A stretch of DNA of 64,000 bases, taken from positions 1 through 64,000 of IMG/VR virus record IMGVR_UViG_3300037755_000591. One strand, written 5' to 3'. The stretch comes from a virus. Taxonomy: Duplodnaviria; Caudoviricetes. Below, piece by piece: positions 29,107 through 37,180 of this stretch. Positions within the stretch are counted from its first letter, which is position 1. The number at the start of each line of letters is the position of its first letter. Below the pieces are notes generated by a model that made no database searches, was not told where the DNA came from, and was given only the letters and a program-made list of their open reading frames with translations. A program made the translations under genes and the position numbers.

Positions 29107-29483
29107 CCGCCAGCACGACTCCTGCCCTGTCTTTGGTTTGCTAGCATTGATTCTCTAAACTCGTCACTAACGACTTCCCGCGCACCTGCCACTTCTTGAG
29201 CAAATTGTCGGGCGGGGAGCCTGCCAGTTTCTAGGCGATTCACCAGTATATCGAAGCGTTGCTCAAATCGTTGAATCGCATCTTCGATAAGATGATTTAA
29301 ATGTTCGTTTGGGTCTGTAACATCAATTTCACGCCTGTCGAGGGCCATCAACGCCATCACTAGAATTTCTCGCTGGTTAAAACCTTTTTCTTGTAGGCGC
29401 TCAATAATTTCAATTGCCAAGTTTTGATCCTCATCATTCTCATTCAACTTGGCTTGAAAGTGAACGCTTCGTCGCATAGACAT
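29103..29483 (-). CDS. Putative ParR-type adaptor / DNA-binding partition protein
   Basis: AGGAGG RBS; directly downstream of the actin-like ATPase; N-terminal SVHFQAKL followed by helices. Confidence 0.55.
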   Translation of the reverse strand: MSMRRSVHFQAKLNENDEDQNLAIEIIERLQEKGFNQREILVMALMALDRREIDVTDPNEHLNHLIEDAIQRFEQRFDILVNRLETGRLPARQFAQEVAGAREVVSDEFRESMLANQRQGRSRAGG

Positions 29484-29494
29484 TATCAGACCTC

Positions 29495-30529
29495 CTATAT
29501 GGCATTCATTGATTCTAACAAACGCCACAACTTCATTCCACCCCGCACATTCGCTAGGTGTGCAGTGGACAAATCTTCAGCTAACATAACGTTAGCATGA
29601 TCTAAAATGTCCTGCAAGTATGTATATAACATCGCCGACCCGCCACCAGTCAGAACAATAGTGTCAAATGGAGTCGGACCACCGGCCCGATTTTGATATG
29701 TCGAATGAATGCGGTTGATAAGTCCAGAAATCGCCTGCGCTACTTCTTCCTGACAGGGATATTGTTTGCCCCCGCCTTCGAAAATCCCGGTCGCGATTGC
29801 ATTCCGTAAGCGCTCAGGAACAAATACTGCCGAGTTGCGAAACTCGTCCCGGTAACGATCACGCAATGCCAACTCAAATGATTGTATCGTCTCGTTGATT
29901 CCGATATTTTCCGAGAAATCCAATCCGAGGTTAATCTGTCCACCCGGATCAACCCCGATGAAGTCTGTTGTAACTCCCCCCACGTCTATCACCAAGGCAG
30001 TGCCTTCTTGTACGCGACCATTTTTGTAGTGCTGCCCATCTTCCGCTAACACCACATTCATCAGCCCGCCAACCGGTTCTTCAAATGTGTTCACATGATC
30101 GACAGCAAAACGATACTTACGTTTTCCATGCTCGATTTCCCAATCGAACATGACAGCATCCATCAAACTATCGCGATAAGTTATATCTCGTGGAGGATGA
30201 CTACCATAGAGGTAAATTTCCTGACTGGAGTCATATAATCTCACCAGCGCCGCCGCCATCAGCACACCATAATAATCTGCCGTGTAACGCGCTGCACCAG
30301 AACGCACGCTCCGACGATGCCCATGTGACTCGGCTTTGTCGCCGACCACAAACGGAACTCCGTTAACGCAGAGATAATCAATAGGAGGTTTCCCCCCCGT
30401 CCTTTTAAGAACGTGTTCATATTCCGTTTCCGATAGCTGGACGAGGGCATGTCGAAAACTGACCTCACTCGATGCAGATTTAGCTTTTATAATCGCATTG
30501 CCTGCATCTAACACTACTACTCTGTACAT
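29495..30529 (-). CDS. parM: ParM/StbA-family actin-like ATPase
   Basis: LDAGNAIIK (phosphate 1), VIDVGGVTTD (phosphate 2), VLTGGGS (adenosine); start moved to ATG 30529 behind AGGGG. Confidence 0.9.
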   Translation of the reverse strand: MYRVVVLDAGNAIIKAKSASSEVSFRHALVQLSETEYEHVLKRTGGKPPIDYLCVNGVPFVVGDKAESHGHRRSVRSGAARYTADYYGVLMAAALVRLYDSSQEIYLYGSHPPRDITYRDSLMDAVMFDWEIEHGKRKYRFAVDHVNTFEEPVGGLMNVVLAEDGQHYKNGRVQEGTALVIDVGGVTTDFIGVDPGGQINLGLDFSENIGINETIQSFELALRDRYRDEFRNSAVFVPERLRNAIATGIFEGGGKQYPCQEEVAQAISGLINRIHSTYQNRAGGPTPFDTIVLTGGGSAMLYTYLQDILDHANVMLAEDLSTAHLANVRGGMKLWRLLESMNAI

Positions 30530-30619
30530 TTTAAAACCCCTTTGTTTATATTGGTATACAAGTATATATACCAGTATACCGCTGATAAACTCAGGGGTCA
30601 ATAACCAAATGGTTTTCCT

Positions 30620-30861
30620 CTAGGTTGACAGGAATTACACCTGCATCTGATGATCCTATGTCATCTGTTTTTGTGAGAGTGCTTCTGCTGTTAGGCATAC
30701 ACTTAAACTACAATCTGAAGGAACTTGTTTGCGTGCATCTATTGTCGCGCCGCTAGTCAGTGACCTTGGAAGGATGCTAGGGTACTCGTGGCTCAGCACG
30801 ATAGCGCCACCTGAAACGTAGGGGGACTCGACCCCCCTTCTACCCGGCTTTCACCGCTACG
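30620..30861 (-). ncRNA. Candidate structured RNA with two T-loop-like hairpins
   Basis: CGTAG/CTACG stem enclosing a CGGT-GAAA-GCCG hairpin and a GGGGG-TCGAGT-CCCCC hairpin; second hairpin GCAGG-TGTAATT-CCTGT. Confidence 0.4.
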
Positions 30862-31218
30862 TCAAAACGGAAGATCATCGACATCATCATCGGTTATCGG
30901 GCCGTATTCATATTCGTAATCGTCAACATCACCCGAATCCGGTTGGGAAGTTTCGGGAATTTGCAGTCGCCAAGGTTCAATAGCTTTGGGTTTAAATGCT
31001 CGAACTGCAAGCAGCATGGTAGCTTCATCGGTTGGTGTCACCGAGTATATGGCCGTTGGATTAAAAAATTTAGTGAATGGCTCACAGTCGTCAACTTCTG
31101 GCACATCAATGCGTGCCATCTCAGCGCCTAATACTTTCTCGGTTGAAACAAAACCGGCAATTCGTTGCCTACCAAATAATTCGATGATGCAGGGTGTTCT
31201 ATCATTCACGGATACCAC
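30862..31218 (-). CDS. Phage protein with SSB-like acidic C-terminal tip
   Basis: IIELFGRQRIAG..RIDVP..AIYSVTP core; ends DDDVDDLPF. Confidence 0.65.
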   Translation of the reverse strand: MVSVNDRTPCIIELFGRQRIAGFVSTEKVLGAEMARIDVPEVDDCEPFTKFFNPTAIYSVTPTDEATMLLAVRAFKPKAIEPWRLQIPETSQPDSGDVDDYEYEYGPITDDDVDDLPF

Positions 31219-31825
31219 CTCCTTCGATGAAGCGTTCTGGATAACGCTTAGCTAATTTTTCGATATTTTTACCAGCAATTTGTTGAAGATCAAATTTATT
31301 GATACTAACAATCCATGTCAAGCCAAAAAGAACGTTCATTAGTTCCATCTCTAATACGTAGTCACAAATCTTATTTTCCTGAAGGAAATCCGCATCGAAG
31401 ATTTGTGCCAATTTGCCAATAGTCTTGCTTAGGAGAATAATCGCAGCAATTTCATCACGCACTGGATCGTCTATCATCTCGAAACCATAATTCTCCCCTG
31501 CCACATGTTTTTGGAAGGTCGAGAACGTAACTGGTGGCGCAACATCGCCACGTAGTAAATCCTTGGTCACAATATAACCAAGGTCCGCTTCATACGCTGA
31601 GGCGAACTCAGCCAGATACCACAACACATCGCCAGCTTCGCTTTCAAATTTATCAGACTCAAATGGTGTGCCGTGAAAATCGCGCTTCTTGAGCAATTCC
31701 ACAAGCTCCCCACTTTCGCCGATCAAACCCCACAGGGCATTTTGTTTCCGCCGCCCGCCATCCATAAGCTGTCCAGATGTGCGGGCCGCAAGTCGTTGAT
31801 ATGTAGAAATCATGCCATTGAACAT
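31202..31825 (-). CDS. mazG: MazG-like nucleotide pyrophosphohydrolase (tandem domain)
   Basis: YQRLAART..GLIGESGELVELLKK..EAGDVLWY; C-terminal NIEKLAKRYP. Confidence 0.85.
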   Translation of the reverse strand: MFNGMISTYQRLAARTSGQLMDGGRRKQNALWGLIGESGELVELLKKRDFHGTPFESDKFESEAGDVLWYLAEFASAYEADLGYIVTKDLLRGDVAPPVTFSTFQKHVAGENYGFEMIDDPVRDEIAAIILLSKTIGKLAQIFDADFLQENKICDYVLEMELMNVLFGLTWIVSINKFDLQQIAGKNIEKLAKRYPERFIEGGGIRE

Positions 31826-31864
31826 CTTGTTTGCTCCACAAAACCACCTAGTCAGTTGGCTAGG

Positions 31865-32281
31865 TTAGAAAGGAATATCCTCGATTTCAAAGTCTAAGTC
31901 TCCACCAAATGAGTTATCAGTTGGTGGCTGTACAGGGCCATTATTACTTGAGGCAGAGTTGAGGAATTTAATACTCTGAGCTGTAAGTTTTAATTGTGCG
32001 GCCATGGTTCCATCTTGACGTTGATAGGCATATGGGATGTCCATTTCGCCTTCAACCAAAACCTGTGAGCCTTTGCGAAGATACTCATGGCAAGCCTTTG
32101 CTTGTCCGCTCCACACAGACACATCAAACCAAACTGTCTTCGACTTTTTCTGGTTCGTGTTTGTGTCGTACCATGTCTTTGTAGTGGCTACTGAGAAAGA
32201 ACAGGCCGCTTTGCCAGCGCTGGTATAACGTAGTTCAGGATCGCGCCCCAAATTACCAACAATCACAATCTTCTGGAACAT
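31865..32281 (-). CDS. ssb: Single-stranded DNA-binding protein
   Basis: IVIVGNLGRDPELRYT..YLRKGSQVLVEG..EDIPF. Confidence 0.97.
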   Translation of the reverse strand: MFQKIVIVGNLGRDPELRYTSAGKAACSFSVATTKTWYDTNTNQKKSKTVWFDVSVWSGQAKACHEYLRKGSQVLVEGEMDIPYAYQRQDGTMAAQLKLTAQSIKFLNSASSNNGPVQPPTDNSFGGDLDFEIEDIPF

Positions 32282-32557
32282 TTAGAATAATTCCTCATAG
32301 GTAAACTTCCGGTTGACTTGATTAGAATATTGGCCGATGCAAAGCGCATGATCCGAACCGGGAGCGATCAAGTTGACGTAGACCCCGTGAATATGCTCAT
32401 AACCAACAAGCGCGTAGTCGTTGCTGATGACCGGCATATCTTCTAAAATCATCCACTCAATTAAATCGTCGCGGATATATAAAGCGATGTCCCCAAGGGG
32501 GATGCCCTGATCCAACATTTCTTGGATCATGAGCGTTATTTTTTCGTGCATTGACAT
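32282..32557 (-). CDS. Hypothetical protein
   Basis: 91 aa; abuts the ssb start. Confidence 0.5.
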   Translation of the reverse strand: MSMHEKITLMIQEMLDQGIPLGDIALYIRDDLIEWMILEDMPVISNDYALVGYEHIHGVYVNLIAPGSDHALCIGQYSNQVNRKFTYEELF

Positions 32558-32618
32558 AAGTTTGCACCTGTTACACAGTTGGTTGATTTAATAATCCTAC
32601 GCCACATTATAACGCAAA

Positions 32619-32894
32619 TCAACCAATGTGTGAAAATTGTAAATTCGCAACGTGGTATATATTGGCGACATGCTCAGGAAGTACCTGCTCAGAATAATCT
32701 AAAAGCCAAATCGAGAACTGATCCCACAAATCTATAGGCAGATTACGGTAAATCGTAATCACACACACCTCATGACTGACTGCAACGAAGATGTCATTTA
32801 ACCAGCCTAAACCTATCTGTCGGTCATATTCTTGCTGCACACGCTCCATTGCCTGCTTCGCTTTAGTAAGTAGAATATCAGCATTGGCTAACAT
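32619..32894 (-). CDS. Hypothetical protein
   Basis: TAATG coupling to dnaB. Confidence 0.55.
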   Translation of the reverse strand: MLANADILLTKAKQAMERVQQEYDRQIGLGWLNDIFVAVSHEVCVITIYRNLPIDLWDQFSIWLLDYSEQVLPEHVANIYHVANLQFSHIG

Positions 32895-34207
32895 TAGAAC
32901 ATCCCCAAGTCAATCTTGCTGTCATCAATGTGGTTGAAGTAAACCAAACGCTTAGGATCAAAGTTGACATCTACTAATCCCATTGGCCCATTACGCTGTT
33001 TGTTTATGCGTAATCGGCGCAGGCGGGATTGTGATTCGCCAACATAGCTTTCGGTATCGTCATCAATTTCAATCGTCATTACCACATCTGTATGATGCCC
33101 AATCCCTCGACTTTCCCGTAATTGTCCACTCTCATTCAATTGCGACCCGGTTACTATCGCAATATTGTACAGCATGGACATTTCTTTCAATTCCCGTGCA
33201 ATTGAACTCAAGAACTGTTCGCGATTCATTCCGCGTGGAGTATTTTCCGCATGGGCCAGTTGTAGATAATCATAAACAACAATATGGAGTTCACCTTTGA
33301 GCATCAATCTTTCGATCATAACCCGAAGCTCACTTAAGGTGCATGGCTTATCGACATAAGTGATCGGCAAACTCGATAATTCCCCGATAGCGCGAGTAAA
33401 ATCATTCTGCTCTTTTTCATTCAACTGGCGCGAAGCTTGGATTTTTGTATCCAGTTCTACTTGATACGCTACCTGCCGCGAAATAATTTCGCTGACCGGC
33501 ATTTCGAGGCTAACAATCAGGCTTGAGTAGCCTTTCTTCGCACCATTCAAAGCAAAGGTCATCATCATGACCGATTTCCCCGCACTTGTAGCCCCCGCCA
33601 CAACATGCAGTCCCCCTATGTGTAGTCCGCCCCCCAACTTACGATCTAAATCTATCAGTCCAGTTGGTATGCGGCGCGACTGACCACTCATTACTTCTTC
33701 AAAGTAATCCGTCACAGCTTGGGTCTGACTAATTAAATTACTCCTGTGATTTTCGTGTGATAATGCCACGAGACTTTCCCACATCTCGTTAAGCATTTCT
33801 TGGGTGGATTTGTTCTCATTCATGGCCATATGGGCAAAATCTGTACCCAATGACACGACTTTCCGCCTAAATGACAATCGCTGGATGCTCTTTGCATACG
33901 AGGGGGCTGCTGTGATAAATCCCATTGGCGTGTTGTTGATTAGGTATGTCAGATAGGCATATCCCCCCAGTTCTTCATACTTGCCCATCTGTTTGAGTTC
34001 GTCTCCGACCGTGATGTTATCAATAATTTCATCACGCATGTCCAGCCCAAGCATCGCCATATAAACCCATTGATTGCGTAAAATATAGAAATCGTTGGGT
34101 CGTAGCAATTCGAATATCTGCCGATTGAGCGTCGCATCTCCGTGCAACATAGCACCAAGACAAACTTCCTCAGCCTCGATACTGCTGATAAGTTCCAGAT
34201 TCGACAT
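32894..34207 (-). CDS. dnaB: DnaB-like replicative helicase
   Basis: SIEAEEVCLGAML, IPTGLIDLD, GATSAGKS, SLEM, YDYLQL, LRESRGI, KQRNGP; start at ATG 34207 (TAATG overlap). Confidence 0.95.
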   Translation of the reverse strand: MSNLELISSIEAEEVCLGAMLHGDATLNRQIFELLRPNDFYILRNQWVYMAMLGLDMRDEIIDNITVGDELKQMGKYEELGGYAYLTYLINNTPMGFITAAPSYAKSIQRLSFRRKVVSLGTDFAHMAMNENKSTQEMLNEMWESLVALSHENHRSNLISQTQAVTDYFEEVMSGQSRRIPTGLIDLDRKLGGGLHIGGLHVVAGATSAGKSVMMMTFALNGAKKGYSSLIVSLEMPVSEIISRQVAYQVELDTKIQASRQLNEKEQNDFTRAIGELSSLPITYVDKPCTLSELRVMIERLMLKGELHIVVYDYLQLAHAENTPRGMNREQFLSSIARELKEMSMLYNIAIVTGSQLNESGQLRESRGIGHHTDVVMTIEIDDDTESYVGESQSRLRRLRINKQRNGPMGLVDVNFDPKRLVYFNHIDDSKIDLGMF

Positions 34208-35421
34208 TATGCCATCTCCTGAGTCTTGGTACATTCACAGGCAGCTTGTCCAAGTATGATGCCTGCGGTATCATAAACATATTTCCGGCCCCGATCACAT
34301 TTCCCGCAGTACTGCCGTTGTCCAGACTCCTGACGAACGGACGGATTAGGCTCCATATGTTGCGTTTTTGCAATCCGAAACGCGGCAAACTTCTCTGCAA
34401 GTTTATTTTCTGATAATACAAAGTTCGCACCTGAATTATGCTTTTTATACCATGCAGCAAACTCTTTAAACTCCTGAACTGTAATCGCCTGTTCAATATC
34501 CATCGCAGTGAGGGAATCTAACAATACCGCTATGCGACCCGTGATCGCTTGTTGCTGGGCCGGCGTTGCCTTGTCCCAATTTTTGATACCCCATCCATGA
34601 TAGGCGGTGAGTATCCAGAACGGATTTTGACCTTTCTCGTCCCTCACCGCTAGCAAACGGGACTTCGGTTCATCGGGAGACTTAGGTTTACGTCCGGGCT
34701 TCTTCTTTTTCGGGGATTCTTTCGTGGGTCGTACAGAGGTATTTTTGGTGTCCGTATCTTCGGGCAGTTTTTTGCCTGAAGGAATACTGGTTGATTCATT
34801 AGTTGATTCTAGTTGATTTAATGGAGTCTGTCCGACATCCTTAGACTCAGTCTGTCCGACAACCTTAGTTGGGGTGTACCCGACAGACTCAGTATGTGTG
34901 ACATCCTTAGTCTGTTCGACAGTCTGAGTACGGCGTGCTTTTTCCGTTCGCTTTTTGTCGGCGACTTTGCGTTTTTCATATCGTTGGTGCATTTGTTTCC
35001 AACAAATTGTATCTGGATCAACAACAAGCCGATAGCTTTGTCCATATTGAGGATGAGGCTCCCCCTCTGGAATTAATAAGTTTAATTGTTCTAGTACACC
35101 TAGGCAATTCTGTACTGTACGACGATTCTTTCCACACCCATTATGATACGGGTTGTTTTCGATTCCATCGGTGAAGTCTTTTAGTGATATATTTGCTGTA
35201 ACAGCGCGAGTGCCATCATCTTTGCGCCAGCCGATAGTATGTCGAATAGCATAACTATACACCTTCCATTCCGGGTCTGTGAGATATGGCATCATAAAAT
35301 CCACAAACACATTCTGGTTAATGGTGCGAGGGTTGAAAAGATCATACGATGGGATAGCATGATCCACAGTCATAACTTCGCTCCGAGTTTCTTCAGTTGA
35401 TTCGGTTCCACCATTATACAT
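34207..35421 (-). CDS. Phage replication initiator (lambda O-like arrangement)
   Basis: N-terminal winged helix (LTDPEWKVYSYAIRHTIGW..ISLKDF..RRTVQNCLGVL); internal iteron array; directly upstream of dnaB. Confidence 0.8.
   Translation of the reverse strand: MYNGGTESTEETRSEVMTVDHAIPSYDLFNPRTINQNVFVDFMMPYLTDPEWKVYSYAIRHTIGWRKDDGTRAVTANISLKDFTDGIENNPYHNGCGKNRRTVQNCLGVLEQLNLLIPEGEPHPQYGQSYRLVVDPDTICWKQMHQRYEKRKVADKKRTEKARRTQTVEQTKDVTHTESVGYTPTKVVGQTESKDVGQTPLNQLESTNESTSIPSGKKLPEDTDTKNTSVRPTKESPKKKKPGRKPKSPDEPKSRLLAVRDEKGQNPFWILTAYHGWGIKNWDKATPAQQQAITGRIAVLLDSLTAMDIEQAITVQEFKEFAAWYKKHNSGANFVLSENKLAEKFAAFRIAKTQHMEPNPSVRQESGQRQYCGKCDRGRKYVYDTAGIILGQAACECTKTQEMA
34789..34928. repeat. Iteron array / putative origin inside the initiator gene
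   Basis: Five AGTCTGTCCGACA-type units starting 34825, 34849, 34873, 34891 and 34909; adjacent AT-rich (A/G)GTTGATT x3. Confidence 0.75.
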
Positions 35422-35464
35422 GAAATTCGTTTCCTTTCAGTTCCCCAAAGCAACTTTATAAACG

Positions 35465-35548
35465 TTGCTTTATAAACTTAGTTGTAGTAAACTATTTACT
35501 AATACTACAAGCCGTGCCGCTGCCTTCTTGCCGGGGCAGCTTTTTTTT
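35465..35548 (+). ncRNA. Candidate ~50-nt antisense RNA over the initiator leader, with own promoter and terminator
   Basis: TTGCTT-17-TAAACT (35465-35493); GCTGCC/GGCAGC hairpin followed by T8 (35519-35548), oriented against the minus-strand operon. Confidence 0.5.
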
Positions 35549-35560
35549 GCTAGAAGCCTA

Positions 35561-35827
35561 TCAAGAGACTTCGGCTTCATAGACACGGATACAATCTTGC
35601 CAGCTTTCCTCAAAATAATCAGCTAACAAGAATACAGCATTGGGTATTCCAGACAACACAACGCCGCCCTCCTGAATATATTTTTCAATCGTCACACGAG
35701 ATACATGAGTATCAAGGTTGATACGATATAGGGTGGGTTTACCTGCCTTTTCCCATGCGTCTCGCAGGTTAACATGTACCTTGGTCGTTGTCTTTGTTCC
35801 GCTACGCAAATTAAAAACTCCTTTCAT
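35561..35827 (-). CDS. Cro/CI-type HTH regulator
   Basis: KPTLYRINLDTHVSRVTIEKY; first gene behind the divergent promoters. True start may be TTG 35809, since AAGGAG lies inside the ORF. Confidence 0.65.
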   Translation of the reverse strand: MKGVFNLRSGTKTTTKVHVNLRDAWEKAGKPTLYRINLDTHVSRVTIEKYIQEGGVVLSGIPNAVFLLADYFEESWQDCIRVYEAEVS

Positions 35828-35842
35828 TAAACAACAAATTAC

Positions 35843-35917
35843 ATAATATGCGACATTTGATATAGAGTCAAGGAAATAAGGTATTTAATTGACATGTCTA
35901 TTTAAATAGTGTATTTT
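35843..35917. promoter_or_regulatory. Back-to-back divergent sigma70 promoters
   Basis: Leftward TTGACT-17-TATTAT (35871-35843); rightward TTGACA-17-TATTTT (35889-35917); CTATTTAAATAG palindrome in the rightward spacer. Confidence 0.75.
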
Positions 35918-35956
35918 AATTATACCATTTTAAAAACTGAAAAGAGGTAAATAACA

Positions 35957-36628
35957 ATGCACCCCGGAATAACTATCGTTTATGAAGGTAAGCGTGGATG
36001 TGGGTATCGCGACAAACCGGGACGGCTGTATGTACGTCTCGACGGCGAAGGCCGCGGTTGTGGCAAGATGCCCATTCCATTCGAGGTATGCCCTTGTTGT
36101 GGTGAGGGTATCCGGTATTCTCGTGCGCCACGCTGGATCGAAGAACCCCACAAATTGTGGGATGATTTGATTTGCGGCGCTGGTGACAAAAAAACATGCC
36201 GAGGCTGTCCGCTGAAAGATGGTTACCACATGCCTCCGGCGTTGCTGATATGGATTGGGGAGAAGTACTACCCAACGGCTGCCGACTTCAAGAAAGAAGC
36301 GGAAGTCATGGGTATATCCCGTGCCATCAAAAGCATCCCCCGCGATTTTGTAGTAGGGCAGACATGGGTACTACTGGCTCACAAGAAAGCTATCCAGCTT
36401 ACCAACATTTTTGACGATGACCGCCCCGAACGATATTGGCAGGAGGGTATCTTTCGAGTGTTCCAGCCTGACCGGATAGAAGTAATTGTGTCGGGCGAGG
36501 AACCTGATGAAGTCATTGACGACTATCTGAAACGTGGCTTAACGCCAGTTCTGGTCAAGCGAATCGAAGCGAAGTACAAGACTGAAGTTGTTGATGAAGA
36601 CCCGCCAGAACAACAAGCTCTTTTCTAA
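35957..36628 (+). CDS. Cys-rich hypothetical phage protein
   Basis: AGAGG RBS; RGCG, CPCCG, CRGC; WIGEKYY..F..EA..MGISR; ends EQQALF. Confidence 0.7.
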   Translation: MHPGITIVYEGKRGCGYRDKPGRLYVRLDGEGRGCGKMPIPFEVCPCCGEGIRYSRAPRWIEEPHKLWDDLICGAGDKKTCRGCPLKDGYHMPPALLIWIGEKYYPTAADFKKEAEVMGISRAIKSIPRDFVVGQTWVLLAHKKAIQLTNIFDDDRPERYWQEGIFRVFQPDRIEVIVSGEEPDEVIDDYLKRGLTPVLVKRIEAKYKTEVVDEDPPEQQALF

Positions 36629-36632
36629 ATGC

Positions 36633-36661
36633 TTGCATTGCGTGTTAGTAAGCCATATAAT
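36633..36661 (+). promoter_or_regulatory. Sigma70-type promoter
   Basis: TTGCAT-17-TATAAT immediately after the upstream stop. Confidence 0.75.
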
Positions 36662-36667
36662 CTAGTT

Positions 36668-37180
36668 ATCTCTTTTGTCGGCGCAGTCCCAAGAATAAAG
36701 CGCTGCCGCAAACAATAGCGGATGCACACAAGTTTAAGAGATCGTTCGTCGTTACTGCCATAGAAGCGAAGAAGGCTGTGTTACCGTTTTCGGCATACCT
36801 ACCTAATAACCAATATGCACGAAAGGCCGGATGGTTATAAGGCGCGGGAAACATGGTTGGAGTGGAGGCTCAATACATCCACTATGGGGGATGTAGTATC
36901 GGCGACGTTAAAGGGACATACATATTATATAACTCTACCCATAGCTTTGAGTGCAGAAGTAGTCTGCCTGCCCCTCGGTCGGGGCGTATAAATAGAACCG
37001 CCTGCTTTCCCGACAGGACTCGCCACGTTCTGTGAGTTGCGACGCAAGGCGCGGCGCAATTTCCGAGCAGGAAGAATGTAGCGCAACAGGAGTCGCTACG
37101 GGATCAAAAATGAGACGGGTTGATATGGGTAGCGGCGGGCCGGGTTGTCCAATGGCAACGGACTAACGTTCAAAAAAATC
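36668..37180 (+). ncRNA. Candidate large structured RNA (~500 nt)
   Basis: No credible ORF; long-range CTACCCATA/TATGGGTAG pairing plus at least seven further helices. Confidence 0.5.

Noticed and set aside
30530-30601. N-terminal 24-aa extension of ParM in the ORF track
   Set aside because: The actin fold starts at MYRVVVLDAG, which has its own RBS; the extension covers promoter-like repeats. Similar start trimming was applied to several other ORFs.
30810-30861. tRNA gene
   Set aside because: T-arm-like hairpin present, but no D/anticodon arms or 7-bp acceptor stem, and the loop reads GTCGAGT; kept only as a candidate structured RNA.
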